Counted from the stretch's first letter, positions 23,253-33,669 are shown. The stretch: DNA of 54,193 nucleotides from Syntrophobacterales bacterium (GCA_037445955.1 JBBIJM010000006.1:1-54193), one strand, 5' to 3'. Notes: generated by a model from the sequence alone, not told the origin. A program made the numbers and translations.

Positions 23253-25844
23253 ATGAAGATCGGGGAAAAGATGCGCGACTTCTCTCTGGAGAGCAAAGGC
23301 CTTTACTATCGGCTGCCCATCATCTTTGCCCTCTTCTTCTTCGTCCCCGTCCTCGGGCTCCTCTACTTTGGTCTGACGTACGATTTCCTCTCCGACCGCG
23401 CCCTTCCCCTCTTCTTCATCGGATTGTTCGCCTCTTTCCTGGCCGGATACGTGATGATCCGACGGATATTTGACCAGATCCGTAAAACCGGGGAAAACAT
23501 CTCCCTTGTCCCCCGGCGCCTCAAGAAAACCGAAGAGAGAGCCGGCAACGAACTTGCGGATATCGGTCGCTCGTTCCGGATAATTGAAAGGGAGCTTGAA
23601 GACAGATTGGCCGATCTGGAAAAAAGAACCTCTCAGATTTCTTCTCTCAAGGAGCTGGCAGAGCTCTGCTATGTCACCTTCGATGGCGACGACCTCTTTT
23701 CCATCACCATGGAAAGGGCCTTGAAACTGACCGCCTCCGATGTCGGCTCCGTATTGATCCTCGAGGGTAAAATGAGGGAATATTTCGTCGTCCATGCCAC
23801 CTACGGCCTGGGCGACCTGATAAAAAAAGGGGACAGGGTGGATTTCGCCTCGAGCATCGCCAAATTCGCCGTGATCAACAAATCCCCCCTGATCATTGCG
23901 GATATCGAGAAGGATCCCCGTTTCGGCCGGACAAATCGAACCCATTACTCTACCAAGTCTTTCCTGTGTATGCCTTTGAAGGGGATTCACGAGGTTTTCG
24001 GGGTGCTGACCCTTTCCCGCCGGATGGAAGAAACCCCGTACACCCAGGAGGAGGCGGATATCCTGACCCCTCTTTTGAGCAACGCCGCCTTCACCTTCGA
24101 CAACCAGAACCTGATCAAGGGGCTGAGGGAAAAACGGGGACATCTTGCCGGCTTCGCCCGCATCGCCAAAGGTATAAACTCCTCTCTGAGAGGAAGCGAG
24201 TTAATAAACGAGATCCTCGTCCAGTTGCGGGAGCAGATCCCCTTTGAGCTCGGGGTCTTTTTCGGCGTCCCGGAAAACAAGCCGGATCACCTGACCGTCC
24301 TGGGAACACTTTCGTCGCTTCCGGTGTCTTTAGAGAAAAACGCCGATTACCATTGCCCAGGCTCATTGCTCGAAAGGGCGATCACCCAGGGAACGATCCG
24401 AATAATCAACAATGCCGGCCAGGCAGATAACGCCCTGGACCAGACCCTGATCATAAGGCCCGGTTATAATTCCTGCTGTCTGGTCCCTCTGCATATGGGC
24501 GGCCAGGGGATGGGGATCCTCTTTATGTACTGCCGCAACCCGGGGAATTTCGACGGCCTGGAAGAAACATTGGATCAACTCGCCTCGATTCTCCCTCTGG
24601 CGATAGAGAAGAACCGCCTCTACTCGTCGGTAATCAAGAGGGACCGGGAAATGGCGTCGATCAAACAGATCGGCGGCATGCTGGCAGCCTCCACCTTTGA
24701 GCGGGACGAGGTTCTGAAGCACACGATGGACATGATCCAAACGATGATGAACGTTGAAGCCGGGTCTCTGCTCCTTCGGGAGGGAGATCAGCTGGCATTC
24801 AAGATCACCTTCAACATCGACCCGGCAATCGACGTAACCCTGACCAGGGATTTCCGAATAAACCTCGGAGAAGGGATCGCCGGCTACTGCGCCGCAAGCG
24901 GCGAGGCGGTTTTAGCCACCGATATCAACAACTCCCGGCATTTCCGGCGGGACTTGGACCTGACGACCGGTTTTTGCACCCGTTCGGTCCTCTGCGTTCC
25001 CCTGATCTCCCGCGGGAAGGTCCTGGGGGTCATTGAGATAATAAATAAGAGGACCGGGGATTTCAATGACGATGACCTCCATCTCCTGCAGTCGATCGCC
25101 TCTTCGGTCAGCATTGCCCTGGAGAATTCCCGGCTCTACCGGGAAACCCTCTCGATTGCCGAACAGGAACGGAAGATCAGGAACCTGTTCCAGAAATTCG
25201 TCCCGCGGGAGGTGGTGGACAGGATCATCCACAATCGGGATCTGGGCAAACCCCTCGTCGAGGAGGTAAAGATCCTCACCCTGCTCAACATCGATCTGCG
25301 GGGCTTCTCCAGCCTTTCTCAAGAGCTCGGCTCCCAGCGGACGGTGGCCATTCTCAACCACTTCTTCGCAACCATGGGAGAGATCGTCTTTAAATACGGG
25401 GGAATAGTTGACAAGTACTTAGGCGACGGATTCCTGGCCGTCTTCGGCGCCCCGGTCTCCGGTTCGGCCGATGCGGACCATGCCATAGCCTCCGCCTTGG
25501 AAATGCAGAAAACGCTCCCCGCCGTAAACGACCACTTCGCCGAAGAAATCTCACCCCCCCTGACCATGGGGATTAGCATCCATACCGGCGAGGCGGTGGT
25601 GGGAAATATTGGATTCGAAAAGAAAATGGACTATACGGTGATCGGTGATTCGGTCAACGCCGTATTCAGATTGCAGGACCTTACCAAATCGATTCCCAAC
25701 GCGATTGTCATCAGCGAAAAGACCCGCATCGCGGCGAAGGATTCGATCCTAGATCTTAAGGCTCTGGGCCTGTACGACGCCGGGAGCAATCTGGGGGAAA
25801 TGAAGATCTATGAATTGATCGGCTGCCGAACGCGGGGCCAATAA
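23253..25844 (+). CDS. Membrane-anchored multi-GAF class III adenylate/guanylate cyclase
   Basis: Two N-terminal TMs, coiled linker, about three GAF-like modules. C-terminal cyclase domain LNIDLRGFSSL...VDKYLGDGFLAVFGAP...IHTGEAVVGNIG. ATG 23253 preferred over TTG 23217 (RBS AGGAGA). Confidence 0.8.
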   Translation: MKIGEKMRDFSLESKGLYYRLPIIFALFFFVPVLGLLYFGLTYDFLSDRALPLFFIGLFASFLAGYVMIRRIFDQIRKTGENISLVPRRLKKTEERAGNELADIGRSFRIIERELEDRLADLEKRTSQISSLKELAELCYVTFDGDDLFSITMERALKLTASDVGSVLILEGKMREYFVVHATYGLGDLIKKGDRVDFASSIAKFAVINKSPLIIADIEKDPRFGRTNRTHYSTKSFLCMPLKGIHEVFGVLTLSRRMEETPYTQEEADILTPLLSNAAFTFDNQNLIKGLREKRGHLAGFARIAKGINSSLRGSELINEILVQLREQIPFELGVFFGVPENKPDHLTVLGTLSSLPVSLEKNADYHCPGSLLERAITQGTIRIINNAGQADNALDQTLIIRPGYNSCCLVPLHMGGQGMGILFMYCRNPGNFDGLEETLDQLASILPLAIEKNRLYSSVIKRDREMASIKQIGGMLAASTFERDEVLKHTMDMIQTMMNVEAGSLLLREGDQLAFKITFNIDPAIDVTLTRDFRINLGEGIAGYCAASGEAVLATDINNSRHFRRDLDLTTGFCTRSVLCVPLISRGKVLGVIEIINKRTGDFNDDDLHLLQSIASSVSIALENSRLYRETLSIAEQERKIRNLFQKFVPREVVDRIIHNRDLGKPLVEEVKILTLLNIDLRGFSSLSQELGSQRTVAILNHFFATMGEIVFKYGGIVDKYLGDGFLAVFGAPVSGSADADHAIASALEMQKTLPAVNDHFAEEISPPLTMGISIHTGEAVVGNIGFEKKMDYTVIGDSVNAVFRLQDLTKSIPNAIVISEKTRIAAKDSILDLKALGLYDAGSNLGEMKIYELIGCRTRGQ

Positions 25845-25849
25845 CAAAG

Positions 25850-25885
25850 CAGGGCCAGGCTCTTTTTTGTCACCAGCCTGGCCCT
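25850..25885. terminator. Bidirectional hairpin terminator
   Basis: Perfect 12-bp arms CAGGGCCAGGCT (25850..25861) and AGCCTGGCCCTG (25874..25885) with a T-rich loop region. Lies between the convergent cyclase and tRNA genes. Confidence 0.65.
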
Positions 25886-25890
25886 GTATC

Positions 25891-25966
25891 TGGTGGGTCA
25901 GGGCAGAATTGAACTGCCGACACTCGGATTTTCAGTCCGATGCTCTACCGACTGAGCTACCGACCC
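25891..25966 (-). tRNA. tRNA-Phe: tRNA-Phe (anticodon GAA), CCA encoded
   Basis: 76 nt folded by hand: GGGTCGG-TA-GCTC-AGTCGGTA-GAGC-A-TCGGA-CTGAAAA-TCCGA-GTGTC-GGCAG-TTCAATT-CTGCC-CTGACCC-A-CCA. All four stems pair. Confidence 0.95.
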
Positions 25967-26010
25967 CTGGCATTCGCTGGCTGATTAAGTAGTAAAAGTA
26001 GCCCCTCTTG

Positions 26011-26640
26011 TCAAGGCCTTTTTTCCTCCTCCGATGAAACGGAACCCCCCTCCCCGGAAGCCTCGGAAAGGGCCGATCCATGCCCGGGGGGCGCGGCGGG
26101 CCCGGATTCCCCTTCCTCCCTTTCCCCCTGCTCCGCCGGCAAAACCGGCTCGTTTGAGGTTCGGGGTACGTAAACCACGAGGGTTCCCGCAAGCAGGTCA
26201 GGCCAGCCCCGTCTCTTCCGATTGAAGAGCATCCAGAGGAATCCCAGATAAAAGGCAAAAGCGGAAAGCAGATACCCGAGGAAGCGAATGATCGCCAGGC
26301 GGTAATTCATCCCGGCCCCGTTGGCCTGAATCACGTGCAGCCCCAGGAGCATCTTTCCCGGGGTTTGGCCGGCATACCCCCAGAAAAAGATAAAATAAAC
26401 CGCTGCGCAGAGGAATACGGCCGCCGGAAAAAGGGAAAGGAAACGTTCGGTGATGGGCGTAGAATTGCCTGTGAAGAGGTCCCTTACCACTGACAAAGAG
26501 CCGGTTGCGGCAATCAGGGCGAAAAGCCCGATGAGAAAAAGGTAAAGGGCAATCGCCGCCAGGATCCCCTGATCCAGGAGAAAGGCCGCCAATCTTCGCC
26601 AGAACCCGCCATAACCGGTCATAACATCCTCCCTGCTCAA
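26011..26640 (-). CDS. RDD-family membrane protein
   Basis: GGFWRRLAAFLLDQ start and GQTPGKMLLGL motif typical of the RDD domain. Pro/Gly/Glu-rich C-terminal tail. Confidence 0.65.
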   Translation of the reverse strand: MSREDVMTGYGGFWRRLAAFLLDQGILAAIALYLFLIGLFALIAATGSLSVVRDLFTGNSTPITERFLSLFPAAVFLCAAVYFIFFWGYAGQTPGKMLLGLHVIQANGAGMNYRLAIIRFLGYLLSAFAFYLGFLWMLFNRKRRGWPDLLAGTLVVYVPRTSNEPVLPAEQGEREEGESGPAAPPGHGSALSEASGEGGSVSSEEEKRP

Positions 26641-27389
26641 ACCCTTCCCAGTACTCCCCGCTCATATTGAATTACGGCAACCGCCGCCGCCATCGCCGAT
26701 TCCACCGTGAGCACCTGTCTGCCCAGGGTGGTTAAGATAAATCCTCCCCGGCGCGCGGCCTCCGCCTCCTGCCGGTCGAATCCCCCCTCCGGTCCGACTA
26801 CCAGGGCAAAAGAATCGGCCCTCTCGGCGTCTGCCTGACGGAGGAGATCCTTAAGACCCAGCCGCTCTTCCTCTTCCCAAAAGAAGATCTTAAGGCAATG
26901 GGCGGGGATAGCGGCAAGCATCCCTTCGAAATCGACCAGCGGATCCACCTGGGGGAGGTAAACCCGCCCTACCTTTCTTGCCCCCTCCCGCACCAGCCGG
27001 CGCCAGCGGGCCTCCTTCAGTTCCGTTTTCTCGCCCTTGAGCTTTACCACCGAGCGGCGGGAGAGGTAAGGGATGATTCTTCGGACCCCGAGTTCCGTCG
27101 CCTTGACAAGCAGGGAATCCATCTTTTCCCCCTTGATTACGGCCTGAGCCAGGATGATCTCGATTGGGCCTTCGGCAACGACCACCCTTTCCATCACCCT
27201 TACCGCCACCCGTTGGGCCAGATTCTCGATTCGGCAGATAAACTCCTCTCCCGAACCGGAGGCAACAACCAGCTCGGCATCAGGCCTAAGCCTGAGCACC
27301 TGCTTCAGGTAGCGGCTCTCCTTCGTCCCCAGGCGGAAGGTCTCCCCTGGAGCTAGAGGTTGATTATGGAAGACCCGGGGTCTGGTCAT
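26637..27389 (-). CDS. rsmE: 16S rRNA (uracil1498-N3)-methyltransferase
   Basis: 250 aa. N-terminal PUA-like RVFHNQPL...ESRYLKQVLRLR and C-terminal SPOUT-like region VGPEGGF...LGRQVLTVESA. Confidence 0.8.
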   Translation of the reverse strand: MTRPRVFHNQPLAPGETFRLGTKESRYLKQVLRLRPDAELVVASGSGEEFICRIENLAQRVAVRVMERVVVAEGPIEIILAQAVIKGEKMDSLLVKATELGVRRIIPYLSRRSVVKLKGEKTELKEARWRRLVREGARKVGRVYLPQVDPLVDFEGMLAAIPAHCLKIFFWEEEERLGLKDLLRQADAERADSFALVVGPEGGFDRQEAEAARRGGFILTTLGRQVLTVESAMAAAVAVIQYERGVLGRV

Positions 27390-28314
27390 ACCCCCCCCTT
27401 TTCCAGACGAAACACAGCCATTCTTCTTCCGTTATGGTCTTTCCAAGGGTCAGGGGGAAGGCCCGAAACCCCTCCGCCAGCCCCTTCCCGTCCTGGGCGA
27501 GCAGTCCAGAAACTATCAGGTATCCGCCTTCCTTGAGCCTCGTTACGAATTCCGGCAGCAGTTCAAGGAGAAGGGGAAAGGTCAGGTTCGCCACGATCAC
27601 CTCGAAGGGGGAATCGGTTTTATCAATGGTCTTTTCCGATATCCCGACGATCCCGTCCTGCCCGTTGGCCCGGACGTTATCCCGGGCCGCCTCCACGGCC
27701 AGCGGGTCAAGATCGATGCCCACGACTTCCGCCGCCCCAAGTTTTGCCGCGGCTATCGCCAGGATTCCCGTGCCGCACCCCACGTCGAGAACCCTCCCCA
27801 GCCCGCGGGGGAAGGCGCCTGCGGCAACCTTTTCCAGGGCCTCGGCACACATCCTCGTCGTGGGATGCTGGCCGGTCCCGAAGGCCATCCCGGGATCAAT
27901 GGTAATCACGAGCTCTCCCGGGATAGCCTCGTAGTCCTCCCAGGATGGTTTTACAATCAGTCTCCGGCCGATCCTCACGGGGCGGAAATTTTTTTTCCAA
28001 TCCTCCGCCCATTTGATGTCTTTAACAAACTCGGTTAAAAGCAAAATCTCGCCTACCGAGGGATTAAGAACGGCCAGTTCGGAAAGATAGTCGTTGAGCC
28101 GTGGGATAACGGCAGCGCCGTTTACCTCAAAAGGCAGATACCCGGTGATCGTCTGCTCGCCCACAACGGTTCCTTCAACGCCCAGGGTAAAGAGATAGTC
28201 CCCCAGAACATCAAGATATTCAGCAGGGGCAATGAGATCGATCTTGAGCCATTCGCCGCGATTCAAATCATCCTCCCTAAACTCCGGATGTTTTATATGC
28301 TCAAAACGGCCCAA
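27364..28314 (-). CDS. prmA: Ribosomal protein L11 methyltransferase
   Basis: WLKIDLIAP N-domain. FGTGQHPTTRMC and VLDVGCGTGILAIAA SAM motifs. TTG start uncertain. Confidence 0.8.
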   Translation of the reverse strand: MGRFEHIKHPEFREDDLNRGEWLKIDLIAPAEYLDVLGDYLFTLGVEGTVVGEQTITGYLPFEVNGAAVIPRLNDYLSELAVLNPSVGEILLLTEFVKDIKWAEDWKKNFRPVRIGRRLIVKPSWEDYEAIPGELVITIDPGMAFGTGQHPTTRMCAEALEKVAAGAFPRGLGRVLDVGCGTGILAIAAAKLGAAEVVGIDLDPLAVEAARDNVRANGQDGIVGISEKTIDKTDSPFEVIVANLTFPLLLELLPEFVTRLKEGGYLIVSGLLAQDGKGLAEGFRAFPLTLGKTITEEEWLCFVWKRGGYDQTPGLP

Positions 28315-28345
28315 AATTCAAGGAACTTGACTTTTACCGGTCTTC

Positions 28346-29053
28346 GTGGTTGAAAGGTGGTATCTTTCAATAAAAGGGACTTTGAGATTATTGAAGTATT
28401 ATCCGATATTTCTCGACGTACGGAGACGGCGATGCCTCGTCATAGGCGGCGGGGCGGTGGCCTTGCGCAAGATCCGGCGTCTTCTGGCCTGCGGCGCCCG
28501 GGTGACGGTGATCTCCCCCCTGGTTAACGATCAGATTGCCCGCATGAAAGAAGATGGGGCAATCGAGCATATCGAGGCCTGTTATTGCTCCGATTTGATC
28601 GAAGAGGCCTTTCTCATCGTCGGGGCGACGGATGAGGAAGCTCTCAATAGACAGATATCAACCGACGCCCGCGGTAAAGGAATCCCGGCAAACATCGTCG
28701 ATGATCCCGGCCTTTGCGATTTCCTCATCCCCGCCCTCTTCACCCGGGGTGATCTTACGGTTGCCGTTTCCACGTCCGGCAAAAGCCCGGCTCTGGCCAA
28801 ATATATCGCCAAAGAACTGGCAGGGAACATCGGGGACGAATATGGGGTTTTAGCGGAGATCATGGGAGAGATCCGCCGAATCATGACCGGCGGAAAGATC
28901 AAGAATCGAAGGCGGCTTTATAACGAGCTTCTCCGCTCGGAGCTTCTTTATCAATTGAAAAGGAAGGACACGAAGGGGGCGAGAGCGACAATCTTCGCCA
29001 TAACCGGGATCGACATGGATCTGGCATCCTTGAACGGTTTGGCGCCCAGATGA
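28346..29053 (+). CDS. sirC: Precorrin-2 dehydrogenase / sirohydrochlorin ferrochelatase (SirC/Met8-like)
   Basis: YYPIFLDVRRRRCLVIGGGAVALRKIRRLLACGARVTVISP Rossmann start. The true start may be TTG 28391. Confidence 0.75.
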   Translation: MVERWYLSIKGTLRLLKYYPIFLDVRRRRCLVIGGGAVALRKIRRLLACGARVTVISPLVNDQIARMKEDGAIEHIEACYCSDLIEEAFLIVGATDEEALNRQISTDARGKGIPANIVDDPGLCDFLIPALFTRGDLTVAVSTSGKSPALAKYIAKELAGNIGDEYGVLAEIMGEIRRIMTGGKIKNRRRLYNELLRSELLYQLKRKDTKGARATIFAITGIDMDLASLNGLAPR

Positions 29054-29063
29054 CCCCCGACGA

Positions 29064-29903
29064 TTGACCGATCATCTAATCCGGATCATGGACATAATCT
29101 TCTTCAACATAGCCCTCGGGGCGGCTTTCGCCAGTTTTTGCGGCTACCTTCTCTCCTTCCTTCTGAAAAGGGTTTTTGCCGCAAAGATCTCCATGTGGAT
29201 CCTGGCGCTCGTTTTTGTCTTTCTCACCTCCTCCTTCGGAATCCGCTGTCTCACTACAGGTGAAAGTCAGCTCTTGAGCCTTCACGGCGTCTTGAGCTTT
29301 CTGGCCTGGGTGCTTACGGGAGGCTATCTTCTCCTCCAACTGAAGACCAAGACCAGGGTACTGGGGATTATCGTCTCCCCCCTGGTGTTGGTCATCCTCA
29401 TCGTCGCCTGGGGAGGCATCGAGGCAAAGGCGGAGATCCTCCCCATTTTAAAGGGATCCCTCGTGCCCATCCATGTAATGCTGGTACTTGCGGGCGAGGG
29501 TCTGTTCATTCTGGCCTCGGGGGCGGGGGCCATGTATCTCCTGCAGGACCGTCTGATTAAGAAAAAACACAAGGGCACCCTGAGCAGGCTGTTGCCATCC
29601 CTTGCCGATCTGGACGGATTTAATCGCTTCTGCCTGCTTCTGGGATTTCCCCTTCTTACCCTGGGAATCGCAAGCGGGGCTGTCTCCGCCTCAACGGTCT
29701 GGGGCAGTCCCTGGCAGTGGGATCCGAAACAGATCTGGACTATTTTGGCCTGGGGATGCTTTGGCTTTCTTCTCTTTAAGCGGGAGGTCTCAGGGGCAAG
29801 AGGCAGGAAGATGGCCCTGTTTTCCGTAACGTTTCTTGTTTTGCTCCTGGTCTCGTATCTTGCCGTAAGGGGCTTCCTTCCCACCATCCACAGGTTTTCT
29901 TAA
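29064..29903 (+). CDS. CcsA/HemX-like cytochrome c assembly family membrane protein
   Basis: 279 aa, about 8 TM. Trp-rich stretch STVWGSPWQWDPKQIWTILAW. Sits immediately upstream of hemA, as hemX does in hemAXCDBL-type clusters. Confidence 0.65.
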   Translation: MTDHLIRIMDIIFFNIALGAAFASFCGYLLSFLLKRVFAAKISMWILALVFVFLTSSFGIRCLTTGESQLLSLHGVLSFLAWVLTGGYLLLQLKTKTRVLGIIVSPLVLVILIVAWGGIEAKAEILPILKGSLVPIHVMLVLAGEGLFILASGAGAMYLLQDRLIKKKHKGTLSRLLPSLADLDGFNRFCLLLGFPLLTLGIASGAVSASTVWGSPWQWDPKQIWTILAWGCFGFLLFKREVSGARGRKMALFSVTFLVLLLVSYLAVRGFLPTIHRFS

Positions 29904-31163
29904 ATGAACCTCCTCCTGGTCGGCATGAATCATCTAACCGCTCCTCTGGAGTTAAGGGAACAGATGTTTCTCCCTCCCGAGGAGGAAAAGGACTTCCTCC
30001 GTGAGGCGGCAGGATCGGACGCCATAAAAGAGGTCCTCTATCTTTCCACCTGCAACCGGGTAGAAATGCTCGCCTCGGTTTATGATTTGGCCGCCGGGGA
30101 AGAGGCCTTCAAAAGGCTTCTTTCCCTCCGGGCGCGGCTATCCCCGGAGGATATTTCCCGGTTTCTCTATATTTATCGGGACGAAGGGGCGATCCGCCAT
30201 CTCTTTCGCGTCTCGGCGAGCCTCGATTCGATGATCATGGGAGAGCCGCAGATCCTTGGCCAGGTGAAAGACGCCTACCGGAAGGCAGTGGAAACAAAAA
30301 CGATCTCCGCTATCCTGGGGAAACTCCTCCACCAGGCCTTCCGCGCCGCCAAAAGGGTCCGCTCCGAGACGGCCCTCGGGGAAAATCCCCTCTCGATAAG
30401 CAATGCCGCGGTCAATCTGGCTAAAAAGATCTTCGGCGAGCTTAAGGGGAAAACCGTTCTCCTGGTCGGGGCCGGGGAAATGTCCGAACTGGCGGCCCGG
30501 CAGCTTTTCAAATACGGGGTAGAGAGACTCCTTGTCGCCAACAGAACCTACAGCCGGGCCGAACAGCTTGCCTCGCAATTCCAGGGGCGGCCGGTGCCGT
30601 TTGATCTGCTCGGCCAGGCCCTGGCCGAGGCGGATATCGTCATCGCCTCGACCATGGCGCCGGGATACGTAATCACCGGGCCTCTGGTTGCCCAGGGTCT
30701 AAGGTCAAGGGCGGGCCGGTTTCTCTTTCTCATCGATATAGCCGTTCCCCGGGACATCGATCCGGTCTGCGGAGAAATTGAAAACGTGTTTCTCTATAAC
30801 ATCGACAACCTGCAGGAGATCGTCGATGAAAACTTCCTGAAGAGGACCGCGGAGGTCAGGAAGGCGGAGATCATCATCGAAGAAGAGATCCTCAAGTACC
30901 GGACCTGGCTGGACAGTCTCCAGGCTGTCCCCACGATCAACGCCCTGATCGGGAAGATCGAGGGAATCTCCAGGGAAGAGCTTGCCCGGTGTTCTTCCTG
31001 GGTGCAAAATCTAAACGACGATAACCGGAGGCAGGTCTCGGTCCTGGTTGAGTCGATAGTGAACAAGATACTCCACGACCCGATTACCGTCCTTAAAGAA
31101 GAAACCAGGGAAAATGGCGCGGATCTATACATCTCGACCCTGCGACGACTATTCAAACTCTGA
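29904..31163 (+). CDS. hemA: Glutamyl-tRNA reductase
   Basis: MNLLLVGMNHLTAPLELRE, LSTCNRVE active-site Cys, LVGAGEMSEL NADPH motif. Confidence 0.9.
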   Translation: MNLLLVGMNHLTAPLELREQMFLPPEEEKDFLREAAGSDAIKEVLYLSTCNRVEMLASVYDLAAGEEAFKRLLSLRARLSPEDISRFLYIYRDEGAIRHLFRVSASLDSMIMGEPQILGQVKDAYRKAVETKTISAILGKLLHQAFRAAKRVRSETALGENPLSISNAAVNLAKKIFGELKGKTVLLVGAGEMSELAARQLFKYGVERLLVANRTYSRAEQLASQFQGRPVPFDLLGQALAEADIVIASTMAPGYVITGPLVAQGLRSRAGRFLFLIDIAVPRDIDPVCGEIENVFLYNIDNLQEIVDENFLKRTAEVRKAEIIIEEEILKYRTWLDSLQAVPTINALIGKIEGISREELARCSSWVQNLNDDNRRQVSVLVESIVNKILHDPITVLKEETRENGADLYISTLRRLFKL

Positions 31164-31171
31164 GGAACCGG

Positions 31172-32095
31172 ATGACCGCTTATAAAACGATCAGGATAGG
31201 AACCAGGGGCAGCGCCCTGGCCCGCGCCCAGGCAAAATGGGTAGGGGCAAGATTGCAGGAGAGATACCCCGGGCTCACAGTGGAGCTCTCAATCATCAAG
31301 ACGAAAGGGGATATTATGCAGGACGTATCCCTGGCGGCTATCGGCGGCAAGGGGCTCTTTGTAAAGGAGATTGAAGACGCCCTGCTTAAAGGGGAAATCG
31401 ATCTTGCCGTCCACAGCCTGAAAGACCTGCCCGCCGCCCTTCCCGAAGGACTCAAGATCGGCGCAATTCCCAAAAGGGAAGACCCCCGGGACGTCATCAT
31501 CTCCCGGGACCGGCTGAAACTCGAGACCCTGCCCCGGGGCGCCCGGATCGGCACGGGATCCTTAAGAAGGAGCGTCCAGCTTCTGGAATTGCTTCCGGAT
31601 CTCGAGATTGTCCCGCTGCGGGGTAATCTCGATACGAGAATAAAGAAAATCGAGACGGAAAACCTGGCCGGGATCATCGTCGCCGCCGCCGGTTTAAGAA
31701 GACTCGGCTGGGTGGAAAAGGCGGCCCAATTCCTCCCGGTGGAAACGATGCTGCCCGCGGTAGGCCAGGGGGCCCTGGGCATCGAAATCTGCGAGGGGCG
31801 AAACATGGAGGAACAGGTGGCCTTTCTCCAGGATCCCGCAACGGGCCTGGAGATTGCCGCAGAACGGGCCTTTCTCGAGGAGATCGGGGGAGGCTGCCGG
31901 CTGCCGATCGCAGGCTACGGGATGATGAGAAATGAGACGATCCTCTTGAGGGGTCTGGTGGGGAGCCCCGACGGTCGGATCATCATCAGGGATAAGGTAA
32001 CCGGACCGGCCGGGCAGGCCGGGGAGCTGGGACGGCGTCTGGCCCAGGGCCTCATCTCCAAGGGAGGCCGGGAACTTTTAGCCGGAGGGGGATAG
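31172..32095 (+). CDS. hemC: Hydroxymethylbilane synthase (porphobilinogen deaminase)
   Basis: IRIGTRGSALARAQA, KGLFVKEIE, GTGSLRR, RGNLDTR motifs. Confidence 0.9.
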   Translation: MTAYKTIRIGTRGSALARAQAKWVGARLQERYPGLTVELSIIKTKGDIMQDVSLAAIGGKGLFVKEIEDALLKGEIDLAVHSLKDLPAALPEGLKIGAIPKREDPRDVIISRDRLKLETLPRGARIGTGSLRRSVQLLELLPDLEIVPLRGNLDTRIKKIETENLAGIIVAAAGLRRLGWVEKAAQFLPVETMLPAVGQGALGIEICEGRNMEEQVAFLQDPATGLEIAAERAFLEEIGGGCRLPIAGYGMMRNETILLRGLVGSPDGRIIIRDKVTGPAGQAGELGRRLAQGLISKGGRELLAGGG

Positions 32096-33669
32096 TGGAG
32101 ACAAAAGGCAAGGTGTACATAATCGGGGCCGGACCGGGGGATCCGGGACTTCTGACCCTCAAAGGCTTCAAGGCCCTCAAGGAGGCCGAGGTGATCATTT
32201 ACGACCATCTCGTCTCGCCGGGGATCATCGCCCTTAAGGCAGAGCAAAACCGGACCTCGGATTCCCCGGACGAGGGACCTGGGCAAATGAAGCCGACCCG
32301 GCTGATTTACGCCGGCAAGGAGGGGGGTGATCATACCCTCTCCCAGGACGAGATCAACGAAAGGCTCGTGGCGGAGGCGGCTCAGGGCCGGATCGTCGCC
32401 CGGCTCAAAGGGGGCGATCCCTTCGTCTTCGGCCGGGGCGGCGAAGAGGCCGAGGTCCTCGCCCGGGCGGGGATCCCCTTCGAAATCATCCCCGGGGTAA
32501 CCTCGGCGGTGGCGGTGCCGGCCTATGCGGGTATCCCCCTCACCCATCGGGGCTTCACCTCGGCGGTGGCCCTGGTCACGGGCCATGAAGATCCGGGAAA
32601 GGAGAAGAGCGATCTCGACTGGCCGGCCCTGGCCAGGATAGGCACCCTGGTCTTCCTCATGGGGGTGAAAAACCTCTCCCGGATCGTCTCCTCGCTCCTT
32701 GAGGCGGGGAAGCCGCCGGAAACCCCGGCGGCCCTCATTCGCTGGGGGACGACCCCTTATCAGGAAACCCTCACCTCAACCTTGGGGGAGATCATAGAAC
32801 AGACCTGCCGGAGGGGCTTCCGGCCGCCGGCGATTTTCGTCGTTGGTCAGATTGTGGGCTTGAGGGATCAGTTGAACTGGTTTGAGACGAGGCCTCTGTT
32901 CGGAAAAACCATAGTAATCACCAGGCCAAAAGCCCAGGCCGGCGAACTTTCCTCCCTTCTCGAAGAGGCCGGGGCGCGGGTGATCCGATTTCCCGTAATC
33001 GAAATCGTTCCCCCGGAAACGTATGACGACCTCGATTCGGCCCTCGGGAGGATCGAAAGTTACCACTGGATCATCTTCACTTCGGTAAACGGCGTCCGGC
33101 CTTTTTTCAAGCGGCTGCGGGAGCAAAGGGATATCCGGGACCTCAAGGGAATTAGAATCTGCGCCATAGGCCCGATTACCGCCCGGGCGGTTGCGGAGCT
33201 GGGCCTCCGGGTGGACGTGGTGCCCGCCTCCTATCTCTCCGAAGGGATAGTCGAGGCCCTGGGCCGGTTTGAGGTGGCGGGAAAAAGATTTCTCCTCCCC
33301 CGGGCGGAAGAGTCGAGGGAACTAATCCCCGAGGAACTGACCAGGCGAGGGGCGGTAGTGGATACGGTGACGGCCTATCGCACCGTCCGGGTGGATTCGG
33401 GCAGGGAGAAGATCGCCCCGTTGATCGAGGCGGGAGAAGTCGATATGGTCACCTTCACCAGCCCCTCGACGGTCCGGGGATTCATGGAGATCTGGGGAAC
33501 GGATCCCTGGCCGGATAAGACCAGGGTCGCCTGCCTCGGCCCGGTTACCGCCGCGGCGGCGGAACGGTTCGGCCTCCCCGTCGACGTCCTCGAGGAGGTC
33601 TTCACCGTGGAAGGTCTGGTGCGCGGGATTATATCCTACGTCAAATCCGCCGGAGGGGAAAACTCGTGA
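32095..33669 (+). CDS. cobA/hemD: Uroporphyrinogen-III C-methyltransferase fused to uroporphyrinogen-III synthase
   Basis: GTG 32095 overlaps the hemC stop. SUMT half VYIIGAGPGDPGLLTLKG...RLKGGDPFVFGRGGEE. HemD-like half from about residue 270. About 20 extra residues (KAEQNRTSDSPDEGPGQMKPT) are inserted in the SUMT N-domain. Confidence 0.85.
   Translation: METKGKVYIIGAGPGDPGLLTLKGFKALKEAEVIIYDHLVSPGIIALKAEQNRTSDSPDEGPGQMKPTRLIYAGKEGGDHTLSQDEINERLVAEAAQGRIVARLKGGDPFVFGRGGEEAEVLARAGIPFEIIPGVTSAVAVPAYAGIPLTHRGFTSAVALVTGHEDPGKEKSDLDWPALARIGTLVFLMGVKNLSRIVSSLLEAGKPPETPAALIRWGTTPYQETLTSTLGEIIEQTCRRGFRPPAIFVVGQIVGLRDQLNWFETRPLFGKTIVITRPKAQAGELSSLLEEAGARVIRFPVIEIVPPETYDDLDSALGRIESYHWIIFTSVNGVRPFFKRLREQRDIRDLKGIRICAIGPITARAVAELGLRVDVVPASYLSEGIVEALGRFEVAGKRFLLPRAEESRELIPEELTRRGAVVDTVTAYRTVRVDSGREKIAPLIEAGEVDMVTFTSPSTVRGFMEIWGTDPWPDKTRVACLGPVTAAAAERFGLPVDVLEEVFTVEGLVRGIISYVKSAGGENS

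Noticed and set aside
23016-24143. 375-aa minus-strand ORF opposite the cyclase gene
   Set aside because: It is antisense to a well-supported GAF/cyclase gene, has a Gly/Glu/Arg-rich composition with no motifs, and has no RBS context. It is a shadow ORF.
25845-26010. tRNA-Phe as the attachment site of a genomic island
   Set aside because: No integrase, no direct repeat of the tRNA 3' end, and no compositional break on either side. The flanking genes are ordinary housekeeping or signalling genes.
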